A stretch of 63,795 bases of DNA, the filler included, from Octopus bimaculoides (Eukaryota), in the NCBI RefSeq assembly GCF_001194135.2. It is 7 parts of 7 records of this genome, joined end to end, with 100 filler letters (N's around TTAATTAATTAA, not from the genome) between each part and the next. Parts side by side here need not be neighbours in the genome. Positions count along the whole stretch, not along the records: positions 34,581 to 56,371 come from NC_068999.1; positions 56,472 to 58,264 come from NW_026415546.1; positions 58,365 to 60,311 come from NW_026420140.1; positions 60,412 to 62,393 come from NC_068994.1; positions 62,494 to 63,795 come from NW_026397718.1; 2 more parts are not named here. The stretch is one strand, 5' to 3'. Below are positions 53,440-63,795 of this stretch, one piece after another. The translations under genes were made by a program, and so were the position numbers. Position 1 is the stretch's first letter. Every line of letters starts with the position of its first letter. Below the pieces are notes generated by a model. That model was given only the letters and a program-made list of their open reading frames with translations. It was not told the origin of the DNA and made no database searches.

Positions 53440-53565
53440 TTAACATTTAAGATTTGACTCATAAAGAATGTATGTCGACTCCCTCATCCCAGTGACAATC
53501 TAAAGATCTTGATTGTTACTGGGATGAGGAAATGAATTCAATATGAGCCGAATCTTAAATGTTAA
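53440..53565. repeat. TTAA-bounded imperfect palindrome (MITE-like hairpin)
   Basis: Outer arms ttaacatttaagatttgactcata / tatgagccgaatcttaaatgttaa; inner 19-bp stem cctcatcccagtgacaatc / gattgttactgggatgagg with a 10-nt loop. Confidence 0.85.
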
Positions 53566-54520
53566 ATTTCAGTTTTAAATCTTAATTCACTTGATGGAAA
53601 TGACTTTTGTCATGACGTAATTGATTTGTTCATCAATAAAAAAACACCTCTGAAACAGATGTAGTGAATCTCAACCAATTTGTGTTCTTATATATATAAG
53701 CAAAACACTTCATTTCATGTTGCTCTACGATCATTTCATCATCTGACATGTGGCACATTGTACACCTGTACAGGTAATGTCAATTTGTTGGAGGGGGTGA
53801 GCTTATGTGAACCCAAACATTTGATCACTATAAACAAATCATCTGCGTGGTTGAATTCAGCAAGAAATTGCAGGGCCCTCGAACATTGTCTAATGATGGG
53901 AGAGTCCATGGTAAATATATGTACATAAATTCATATATATTTATACACACACACACATAAATGTATGCATGTATATGCGTGTAAATATGTATCTACTTTT
54001 GTCTCAACACCACATGGTGGTTATAAATGTACATCACCATCACACTTATGGTATTGTTGGTTTCCAGTGTTCTGTGGAAAACTGAAGACAATGATGTGTA
54101 TAACATTTATAGTATATACACAAACATAGAACCTTGTAAAGTGTAATAGTTTGTCTCAGAGAAACTACTCTTCAAACACTTTGAAACACAGACCACGAAA
54201 TTCAGAATGTTTGCCTCTTTTGACCTACAGCACTGCACACATTTTTTTTTGTCATTCAAGCAACCACCTCACATGAGGTAAATATAGTCCAAAGTACATT
54301 ATTGCTAAAAACAGGACGATTTTGGTTTGAATGTCCCTGATAAAAAAACTACTTTCATTGGTATTGAACTTGGACTCAATAACAAAAACAATGGTGAAGA
54401 CATCAATAATTATGATGAACAAAAAGGAGAAAATGAAGCAGAAGAACAACAACAACAACTACAACAACAAAGGGTCAAAATAAAGAGTGGCATTGAAATA
54501 AGTCAGTGTTTTCTTTTTAC

Positions 54521-54702
54521 CCAACAATCACCCCAGCATATTTCATTCGAAACCAAGCAGACAACATCCCACCATAGGAACCACCAAATGCCACAACAGA
54601 ACTGTTTTGGGCACCTTTTATGGTGGATTTCATGTGTTGAATCAATTTGGCATAGTCTTCAAGTGCTTGTTCTGATGTTAAGTATGACAGTTTTACAGGA
54701 TT
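54521..54702 (-). CDS. PRCP: PRCP internal exon containing the catalytic Ser
   Basis: Minus strand: acceptor ttttgtag, 182 nt reading NPVKLSYLTSEQALEDYAKLIQHMKSTIKGAQNSSVVAFGGSYGGMLSAWFRMKYAGVIV(G), donor GG|gtaaaa. GGSYGG nucleophile elbow of family S28. Confidence 0.97.
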
Positions 54703-55087
54703 CTACAAAAAGAAAATAACAAATTATCATTACTATTGTTGTCGTCACCACCACCACCACCACCACCACCACCACCATCATCAAATGTGGACATGGCTGT
54801 AAAATTTGTTTCTCAGCTCTGTGGTTCCAGGTTTTATCCTACTATGAGACACTTAGGGCATATGTTTTCTACTTAAGCTTTCAGTTGGCAGACACTGTAC
54901 AGAAGCTTGTAATATAAATATATATATATAGACTTCTTTCAGGTGCAGAAACCATACCTCAAATGACAGCCAACCCTCCAATGGATGTCCTCCTTGTTTA
55001 TCACATAAAAACACTCAAAGATACCACAATCATTGTCGGAATAATGAATGTTAAGTCAAAAGAAATTGCAAGAGTAAGTTCAGGTGT

Positions 55088-55119
<32 letters not shown>

Positions 55120-55604
55120 NNNNNNNNNNNNNNNNNNNNNNNNNNNNNNNNNNNNNNNNNNNNNNNNNNNNNNNNNNNNNNNNNNNNNNNNNNNNNNNNN
55201 NNNNNNNNNNNNNNNNNNNNNNNNNNNNNNNNNNNNNNNNNNNNNNNNNNNNNNNNNNNNNNNNNNNNNNNNNNNNNNNNNNNNNNNNNNNNNNNNNNNN
55301 NNNNNNNNNNNNNNNNNNNNNNNNNNNNNNNNNNNNNNNNNNNNNNNNNNNNNNNNNNNNNNNNNNNNNNNNNNNNNNNNNNNNNNNNNNNNNNNNNNNN
55401 NNNNNNNNNNNNNNNNNNNNNNNNNNNNNNNNNNNNNNNNNNNNNNNNNNNNNNNNNNNNNNNNNNNNNNNNNNNNNNNNNNNNNNNNNNNNNNNNNNNN
55501 NNNNNNNNNNNNNNNNNNNNNNNNNNNNNNNNNNNNNNNNNNNNNNNNNNNNNNNNNNNNNNNNNNNNNNNNATATATATATATATAAATACATAAAGTT
55601 AGAA

Positions 55605-55826
55605 AAGGCCGGCTCATGGGATTACCCTGCGTTTCACGTGCATAAAGTGCTTAGCTTTATGGCATGTCATCAGATCCCAAAACTGTTGGCTTATGGTCTC
55701 TCTAGCAAGTGGCATCTTTAGAAAATGGCTGCTCGCTAGAGAGGCCATCAGCCAATAAGTTTGGGATCTGATGATACACTATAAAGCTGGGACATGAAAC
55801 CCAGGGTAATCGCATAAACTGGCCTT
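55605..55826. mobile_element. Palindromic MITE (~220 bp)
   Basis: aaggcc..attaccctg..tcatcagatcccaaa..tctctagc pairs with gctagaga..tttgggatctgatga..cagggtaat..ggcctt. Confidence 0.8.
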
Positions 55827-56041
55827 ATATCATCATTGTCGTTGTCATTTGACATCCGCTCTCCATGCTGGCAAGCCAGAAGGCTGCACCAGGCTTGAAT
55901 CTGATCTGGCAAAGTTTCTACAGCTGGATAACCTTCCTAACTTTATTTACATAATATTCTGCTCTATAACTTAGAATGTGCTTCTTATTCAGATTTATGT
56001 TTTATTGACGAGATATATATGTATATTTGTATGAGTATATA

Positions 56042-56371
56042 TCATCATCATCATCGTTTAACGTCCGCTTTCCATGCTAGCATGGGTTGGACGATTTGAC
56101 TGAGGACTGGTGAAACCGGATGGCAACACCAGGCTCCAGTCTGATTTGGCAGAGTTTCTACAGCTGGATGCCCTTCCTAACGCCAACCACTCAGAGAGTG
56201 TAGTGGGTGCTTTTACGTGTCACCCGCACGAAAACGGCCACGCTCGAAATGGTGTCTTTTATGTGCCACCCGCACAAGCCAGTCCAGGGGCACTGGCAAC
56301 GATCTCGCTCGAAAATCCTACAGGAGCCAGTCAGGCGGTACTGGCAACGGCCACGCTCAAAATGGTGCATC
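56042..56371 (-). mobile_element. RTE 3' UTR/tail copy (family C), young
   Basis: Nearly identical to 38865-39046 in reverse. Confidence 0.9.
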
Positions 56372-56980
56372 NNNNNNNNNNNNNNNNNNNNNNNNNNNNN
56401 NNNNNNNNNNNNNNNTTAATTAATTAANNNNNNNNNNNNNNNNNNNNNNNNNNNNNNNNNNNNNNNNNNNNAGAAAAATTCCTTTCAAGTTGTATCCTAC
56501 CATTAAAAAAATAGATACTGGAGTCTTAGAAATAGATATATTGACTCGTATCCATATATGAATAGTCTGCCTGTGCAATGAAGCCCACGAAGACCTTTTC
56601 CAACAGCTTGTTATGAGGATCGAACTGACTAATTTGTTTTCGATCCTTATCTAAATCTACCAAAAATTCAGTCGTGGGTTTAATTATATTTGCGAGACTA
56701 AATGGAGATACGAGTTAGTATATTTATTCATAACCCCCACTAGTGAATATTTGTCGACTATCTGCCAACTGCATCCCATTAGTACTGTTCATCTACAATT
56801 TGGCGAAGAGAGATGAGCACATCTTGACAAATTGTTGGATAACAGACACTGGTAGGTTCGAATTCCATCTTAGCAGCTGAAAAGTGTCTCGTGGGAGACC
56901 AAATTTAATTTCGAAACGTAACATTGTAGAGCTGGTCTGTGGATATAGGCGTGCAGCACGTGATGATTGTTTAGATTTTA

Positions 56981-57133
56981 TTTACATTATTTACATTCGA
57001 CGGATATTTGTCCTCATCTTATTTGTTGTTAACACGTTTCGGCTGATATACCCTCCAAGCCTTCATCAGGTATCTTGGGGAAATTTCGAACCTGGGTTCT
57101 CATTCCTAAGGTATTTTTCGATGTTGTTGTTGC

Positions 57134-57168
<35 letters not shown>

Positions 57169-57244
57169 TCACTGCCTGGAATCGAACTCGGAATCTTGGG
57201 GTTAGTAGCCCGTGCTCTTAACCACTACGCCATATACCCGTGGG
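56981..57244 (-). mobile_element. Repeat module copy 1: tRNA-like head, (TAA)n, hammerhead-like motif
   Basis: Minus strand: A box TGGCGTAGTGG, B box GAGTTCGATTCC, then gatac-CTGATGA-a-GGCT-loop-AGCC-GAAA-c-gtgtt. Confidence 0.7.
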
Positions 57245-57259
57245 CTTTTTTTATATGAC

Positions 57260-57930
57260 GGAATTGTCATTCTGTAGTCTTTTGATAGCGAATTTTTCTT
57301 CCTTAGTGATGTTTGGTTTGGGAAGTTTCGCTTTTTCCAGTACCCGTCCCACTTTCTACCTTAGTTTATCTCCCTGAGCTTTTGGTATCTTTACGGCTAT
57401 CTCTTCAATAGGGCAATTATGTCCAAGTGTGGAATGTGCTTGATGGTTGTCGCAAAGTTGAGACCTTTGTTAAGTACTGCTTCTTCAGAGCTTTCGGCTA
57501 CTTACATTAATTACTGCTTTCACAGGTGGGTAACGGACCTTTGAGTTTCATAAACTTTTTAATCTGGCGTGTCTTCACCATTTTAAATTCTTTCATGTAC
57601 GATTTTCAAGATCTTGTTGGATTCTCTTTCTATCATCATCTCTCGTTATTTTCCTAAGTAATGAAGATAACCTCTCTTTGATTTCGTTATTTAGTTGATG
57701 TTTTTTTTTCCAACGGTTGTAATAGATCCACTCACGGATGAGGACATGTCCTGCCCTTTCCGCTACTCTTTTAGCTTTATATGAATCCACTAGTGTCATT
57801 GTAGTCAAGCCAGGTGGTATTAGCTTTGAGTTGCTACTTCTACACAGGAAAGTTAAATGGTTTGAAAGACGAGCTAGTTTTTGATGGAGTTTCTCTATAT
57901 GTCTCCATTGAAGTCTAATGTTGGCTCCCT
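57260..57930 (-). pseudogene. Decayed ORF fragment between the two modules, probably retroelement (Penelope-like?)
   Basis: KRVAERAGHVLIREWIYYNRWKKKHQLNNEIKERLSSLLRKITRDDDRKRIQQDL, then KEFKMVKTRQIKKFMKL; frameshifted. The family assignment is inference. Confidence 0.4.
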
Positions 57931-57972
57931 ACCGATTAGATAATACAGTTCTATATTTAAGAGATGAGGAAT

Positions 57973-58121
57973 TATGTACATTATTTACATTTGACGGATA
58001 TTTGTCCTCATCTTGTTTGTTGTTAACACAATATTTCGGCTGATATACCCTCCAGTCTTCATCAGGTGTCTTGGGGAAATTTCGAACCTGGGTTCTCATC
58101 CCTAAGGCATTTTTCGATGTC

Positions 58122-58152
<31 letters not shown>

Positions 58153-58228
58153 TCACTGTCTGGAATCGAACTCGGAATCTTGGGGTTTGTAGGCCGCGCT
58201 CTTAACCACTATGTCATGTGCCCGTGGG
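57973..58228 (-). mobile_element. Repeat module copy 2
   Basis: Direct repeat of 56981-57244; gacac-CTGATGA-a-GACT-loop-AGCC-GAAA-tatt-gtgtt. Confidence 0.7.
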
Positions 58229-58379
58229 AGTGAAGTTTAGGGCTTATAAATCTAATATTTTCCTNNNNNNNNNNNNNNNNNNNNNNNNNNNNNNNNNNNN
58301 NNNNNNNNTTAATTAATTAANNNNNNNNNNNNNNNNNNNNNNNNNNNNNNNNNNNNNNNNNNNNTTCACATAAATAAAA

Positions 58380-58414
<35 letters not shown>

Positions 58415-58869
58415 TACATATGCATATATGTACGTATGTATGTATATCGTTGCTATTATGTCGAACTGTCATATGTCCAAATTCGGCCAAATGCGTATTC
58501 TTTTCAATATTTCTGCTTACAATAGCCGGTTCCTTTGGTCAAACCATCGTTTCTCCAGCTTCTTCAGGTGCCAAGTTATCAAAAATTGTCAAGCTGTAAA
58601 TACAACGGTTTTGCTATGGAATGGTGAGACTTTTATTTCGTTTTCTGTTGAGCCATGCGTCTGAGGCGATGCTGAAGCACCACCGTGATTTGGTACCGTT
58701 CTTTATGCTTCTTCTTCGGTTGATTTCCCCAGGGTGGTGGGGGGTCTCACTTCACCACTCCTCTATGTGCCTCTGTCCCGGTTGTTGGCGCATTTTGGTG
58801 TATGAGGAGAATTTGTGTCCGCTGCACTTGTCTCTACCTCATGCCAGACGGTCGGGCCATCCAGTCAAT

Positions 58870-59070
58870 ACATACAAAATATACTCTTTCACTTGTTTCA
58901 GTCATTTGACTGCGGCCATGCTGGGGCACCGCCTTTAGTCGAGTAAATCGACCCCAGGACTTATTCTTTGTAAGCCTAGTACTTATTCTATTGGTCCCTT
59001 TTGCCGAACTGCTAATGTTACGGGGACGTAAACACACCAGCATCGGTTGTCAAGCGATGGTGGGAAACAA

Positions 59071-59075
<5 letters not shown>
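58870..59075 (-). mobile_element. SINE family A 3' half
   Basis: actctttcacttgtttcagtcatttgactgcggccatgctggggcaccgcc... Confidence 0.88.
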
Positions 59076-59106
<31 letters not shown>

Positions 59107-59599
59107 ATGTTTATCTATCTACCTGTCTATCTATCTATCTNNNNNNNNNNNNNNNNNNNNNNNNNNNNNNNNNNNNNNNNNNNNNNNNNNNNNNNNNNNN
59201 NNNNNNNNNNNNNNNNNNNNNNNNNNNNNNNNNNNNNNNNNNNNNNNNNNNNNNNNNNNNNNNNNNNNNNNNNNNNNNNNNNNNNNNNNNNNNNNNNNNN
59301 NNNNNNNNNNNNNNNNNNNNNNNNNNNNNNNNNNNNNNNNNNNNNNNNNNNNNNNNNNNNNNNNNNNNNNNNNNNNNNNNNNNNNNNNNNNNNNNNNNNN
59401 NNNNNNNNNNNNNNNNNNNNNNNNNNNNNNNNNNNNNNNNNNNNNNNNNNNNNNAATATAAACGAATAATTATATTCTTGGGAATAGAAATTTCCCTTAT
59501 GAATTTTTTTACACACTGGCTTCTTGATAAAATTCTTGTAAAAGAGTTTTATCCCTTTTTTGAATTTATTAATCAAATATATATCTATCTAACTATATT

Positions 59600-59675
59600 T
59601 ATCTATCTGTCTATCTATCTATTTGTCTGTCTATCTATCTATCTATCTATCTATATATATATATATATCTAACTG

Positions 59676-59719
<44 letters not shown>

Positions 59720-60310
59720 ACTCCGTCTCTCTGTCTATCCGTCTCTGTCTATCGATCTATCACTCCATCATGTCTCTCTGTCGGTTTGTTTATCTTCCAT
59801 GCCTATCTTCCCCATCTCTCTCACCCTCCCTCCCTCAGTCTACATACAACCTTACCTATGCCATCTCTCTGTCTGTCTCTCCTGTCTCTCCCATCTCTCT
59901 GTCTCTCCTGTCTCTCCCATCTCTCTGTCTGTCTCTCCCATCTCTCTGTCTGTCTCTCCCATCTCTCTGTCTGTCTCTCCCTCTCTCTCTCTGTCTGTCT
60001 CCCTCTCTCTGTCTGTCTGTCCCTCTCTCTCTATTTGTCTCTCCCTCTCTCTCTATCTCTCTCCCTCTCCCTCTCCCTCCCCCCTCTCTCTCTCTCGCTA
60101 TTTGACAATCTATTTCTCTTCACCTCTCTCCCTTGACTCACCCGTCTGTCAAACACAAACACACACACATATACACACAATCAAACACGCACTCCCACAC
60201 AACTATCTACTCACGACCATGCAACGAGTACACATACAGACACATACACACAAATACATTCATACACACACAAACACATTCATACACACACACACACACA
60301 CATGCATAGG
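59600..60310. repeat. Compound microsatellite (TATC)n, (TC/TG)n, (CA)n
   Basis: Seen directly. It is representative of dozens of TA, CA, GATA, CAA, TAC and GGT tracts throughout the window. Confidence 0.95.
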
Positions 60311-60411
60311 CNNNNNNNNNNNNNNNNNNNNNNNNNNNNNNNNNNNNNNNNNNNNTTAATTAATTAANNNNNNNNNNNNNNNNNNNNNNNNNNNNNNNNN
60401 NNNNNNNNNNN

Positions 60412-60640
60412 GCCGTGTATGCCGTAAGGTCTGCAGTTCTAATGGAGGCCCCAAAAGACATTTTATGATACACAAACATCAGAACTTAGCTGCAGCTCTT
60501 GGTGTTCCAAATCGGATATGCAATCTATGTGGATGTCTTTTCAATGCATTGGCTGGTTTAAAAAGCCACATCAGACGCCGTGATGAATCTAAGGTGTTGG
60601 TACAAAGGCGGTCAGACCCTGCATAAGAAGTAGACAACCA
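60412..60640 (+). mobile_element. C2H2 zinc-finger pair, probably a LINE ORF C-terminus plus short 3' UTR
   Basis: (C)RVCRKVCSSNGGPKRHFMIH...CNLCGCLFNALAGLKSHIRRR...DPA* (stop 60624-60626), followed by (CA)n. The 5' part is lost in a gap. Confidence 0.55.
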
Positions 60641-60641
60641 T

Positions 60642-60702
<61 letters not shown>

Positions 60703-61019
60703 TTTATATGCATGATTTGTTTCGTCTGCTTTGAGATATTCCGCATTTTTTTTCCAGTGCATGACGTCTGAAACGGACTTTTTCCTGGACGAGTTCCGCA
60801 GCCAATTAGCGCATAAACAAAACGCGTATATCGAACATGTGACATCGAGAATGCTTACATCATTAGAAGTACTTTTATAAAATTTAGTTTTGCATGACAT
60901 GTACATCACTGTTGCATATATACGACATGTAGATCACTGTTGCTAATATCTTCATATATATATCCTGGACCAGCAATTCGACTTCGTTTCCTGGTGACAC
61001 GTTTCTATCGTGCCAACGA

Positions 61020-61555
61020 GCTGAAATAACCGAGAAGGAAGGTGTCTAGAGTAGCCTAAAACGAAGGTGTCAAATTTGTCTCCAGTGTCAAGGTCAGCCA
61101 AAAGAATGCTGTCTCTGTCGAGGGAAAAATGAGACAGCTGAATAAAGGGAAGCACGCCAAGAAAGAAACAGACTGTGCACTACAATAGCCAGAGCATCAG
61201 ATAATGATGAGACAAGTGTTGTGTGTCTAAAAAGAGAATCCCAATTGCGTACTGGTGCTGCCCGAGCATTGCAAAATGCTGAATAGAGGTATGCATGGCT
61301 GACAAGGAATAGAATCTCCACTGCAGAAGGAAGAATAGTTACAACAGCTCAGAGAAGCAAGTTCTATGAAGCAGATTTCAACTATGATCCAGCAGTTAAT
61401 TATGCAGATGACACTAAAGTTTCCATTGGGGGCATTCACAACTGTGTGCATACACTGTAAAACAAGGAAGTGGCCCGGAGAGACACCTGGGCTGTGCTGC
61501 TGCGGCGAAAAGTTAAATTCCCTGCAATACCACAACCTCCAAAGCCATGAATAGT
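61020..61555 (+). mobile_element. Helitron RepHel N-terminal remnant
   Basis: Across frameshifts: DFNYDPAVNYADDTKVSIG/AFTTVCIHCKTRKWPGETPGLCCCG/KVKFPAIPQPPKP, matching the Helitron YDP..IG.M..C.HC.A.K..ET.G.CC..GKV.LP...PP motif. Confidence 0.75.
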
Positions 61556-61691
61556 ATGTGCATGTAGTGTACAGAAGTGTAAGTCCATTGAGTGTGAAAA
61601 GTAAGTATTACTTTCTGGGAAATACACTGATCTTACACTACAAGCAAAGAGTATTGTGTTAAGGCTATGAGTAAAACCGGGTCCCTCTGCT

Positions 61692-61753
<62 letters not shown>

Positions 61754-62362
61754 CATATGTACGTATATATAATGTATGTGTACATAGCGTTGCATTTTGG
61801 GTCTAACCCCTCTCTCACCACTCCGTCTGTCTCTGTAAATGCATGTGTGTTCGTATTTTTGCGCGTGGTGTGACAATCTCAGCGTAGGGGTGAACAAGAG
61901 TGACTACTCTTTTATTAAACAAGTAACTTAACTATGCCTCAAAAAGACCCAGATCGAATAAGTATTAAACTGATAAAATTGCTGTAATTAATATTATCAT
62001 CCACCAAAACTTATGCACGGCTTGCTTCAGCATGGTAGCAGTGCAATGTTTAAAACCAGTAATAATTTTTATTTTTAAAAATCATACAAATGTAAAAATG
62101 ATAAATAAGAAAAGCACCAGCATATTTTTTTTAATAAATCGCAGTCTTATTATTTAAGAGGCGTCGAGCAAGAAGTTATATTTGTAAAGAAGGTAGCACA
62201 AAGTACGCTTGTTGTACTGGGATACAAACAGAAGACCGGATATTGGTATTGTAACTCAATAACAATGCCTTACTGACTTCGAAAGACTTGTGTTTGTTTA
62301 GCTATAGGAATCTGCAGGTGAATAAGACACAGGTCAGTTGTGGGCTGATACATGTATTTCTA

Positions 62363-62393
<31 letters not shown>

Positions 62394-62493
62394 NNNNNNN
62401 NNNNNNNNNNNNNNNNNNNNNNNNNNNNNNNNNNNNNTTAATTAATTAANNNNNNNNNNNNNNNNNNNNNNNNNNNNNNNNNNNNNNNNNNNN

Positions 62494-62700
62494 AAGAAGA
62501 AGAAGAAGAAGAAGAAGAAGAAGGAGGAGGAGGAGTAGGAGACGATGAAGAAGAAAAAGAAGAAGAAAAAGAAGAAGAAGAATAAAACGAAGAAGAAGAA
62601 GAAGAAGAAGAAGAAGAAGAAGAAGAAGAAGAAGAAGAAGAATCTGGAGAAGAAGAGGAAGGAGAGAGAGAAGAAGGCGGAAGAAGTCGATGACGATGGT
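62494..62700. repeat. (GAA)n/(GAG)n purine-rich microsatellite
   Basis: Seen directly in the sequence. Confidence 0.95.
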
Positions 62701-63049
62701 AAAGAAGAATAAAATGGTTGAGAATTAGATGAAGACGACGATGTTGACGATGAAGGAAACAGCTGTAAATGCAGAGAGTGGTGCACGTAGAAAGTGGTAA
62801 ATATCGGCTGTGGTAGACAATGGTAGATGTAGACAGTGGTAGACTGGTAGACTGTTGTAGATGTTGGTAGAAACATATTGTGTGGGACAGTACAATTTTG
62901 TAATTCCCATTAGGAAATGAAACATGTGTAATGGTGAATATATGAAACCAAAAAATTATCCAGAGTCCTGTTTTCTTACATAATAACTCTGCAAACAGTG
63001 GTAGATGCTGTCTATGGTAGACGTACGCTATTGTTGGTGTACACATTGG

Positions 63050-63490
63050 TAAACGTAGACTTTGGTAGACGTAGACTTTGGTAGACGTAGACTTTGGTAG
63101 ACGTAGACGTTGGTAGACGTAGACTTTGGTAGACGTAGACGTTGGTAGACGTAGACTTTGGTAGACGTAGGCAGAGTTAGACAATAGTAGGCGGCAGAAG
63201 CAATTGTAGGTACACACTGGTAGATGTAAACTTTGGTAGGCGTAGGCAGAATTGTACAATAGTAGACAGCGGTAAGAATTGTAGGCTGTTGTTGGTGTAC
63301 ACACTGGCGGATGTAGTCTGAGGTAGACGTAGGCAGAATTGTACAATAGTAGACAGCTGTAAGAATTGTAGGCTGTTGTTGGTGTACACACTGGCAGATG
63401 TAGACTTTGGTAGACGTAGACAGAGTTAGACAATAGCAGACAGCGGTAAGACTTGTAAGTTGATGTTGGTGTATACATTGGTAAATGTAG
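63050..63490. repeat. 16-bp tandem array followed by an 87-bp higher-order repeat
   Basis: gtagactttggtagac tandem copies at about 63050-63170; tacacactgg recurs at 63211, 63298, 63385 and 63472. Confidence 0.9.
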
Positions 63491-63795
63491 ACTGCGGTGG
63501 ACGTAAGCAGAGTCCTTGTTGTTGTTAAGTGGTGTAGACGCTGGTAGAAATAGACTGAAGTAAGCGGAAGTTGGGACAATGTGTGCAAAGGGGAGATAAG
63601 TCTGTAAGACAATGAATGAGAAGCAGGAAGATAGGGAAAAAGGGAGTGGGTTGGTGGGGGTGCGGGGGAGGGGGGAACTGAAGAAGCGAAGATGAAAGGT
63701 GAAGATATTTGATTTATTGAAGAATTGGAAAGGAAGGTGACATGACAGATATGAGTCGTGGGGAGAGTGGAAGGGTTAGGGATGAAGTGGAAAGG

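Noticed and set aside
57155-57240. tRNA-like sequence as a genuine tRNA gene
   Set aside because: No proper acceptor stem; it is embedded in a repeated module, so it is treated as a SINE-like head.
58520-58580. CTGAAGA...CCGG on the minus strand as a third hammerhead
   Set aside because: GAAA is replaced by GGAA and stems I and II pair poorly.
62860-63000. Hydrophobic stretch (LWIIFWFHIFTITHVSF) as the PRCP signal-peptide exon
   Set aside because: No start codon or donor in context and no YF.Q..DHF motif.

Overview
This is AT-rich, microsatellite-saturated eukaryotic genomic DNA from a gappy draft scaffold with many N runs. Its repeat families look like those of a coleoid cephalopod, most likely Octopus (inference from pattern recognition; no database search was run). 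One host gene is clearly supported: a lysosomal Pro-X carboxypeptidase (PRCP, peptidase S28) on the minus strand. Six GT-AG exons at 54702-45099 splice in frame and carry the Ser-Asp-His triad motifs (GGSYGG, LDPW, GAHHLDL). Its N-terminal exons were not found. The rest is transposon debris: four or five SINE-like families, CR1, RTE and L1/Tx1 LINE fragments, mariner and Tc1-like transposase remnants, a Helitron remnant, piggyBac-type and palindromic MITEs, and minisatellites. Nearly all ORFs in the supplied track are artefacts of microsatellites or N runs. The best candidates for undescribed biology are: (1) a direct-repeat module at 57-58 kb fusing a tRNA-like Pol III head to a Penelope-type minimal hammerhead-like motif; (2) an L1/Tx1-like family whose two copies both sit inside (GATA)n arrays with the same junction; (3) a 5S rRNA 5' fragment fused to a long-TIR element; (4) intronic hairpins and an unexplained coding-like island inside PRCP. 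No CRISPR or prokaryotic system is present.
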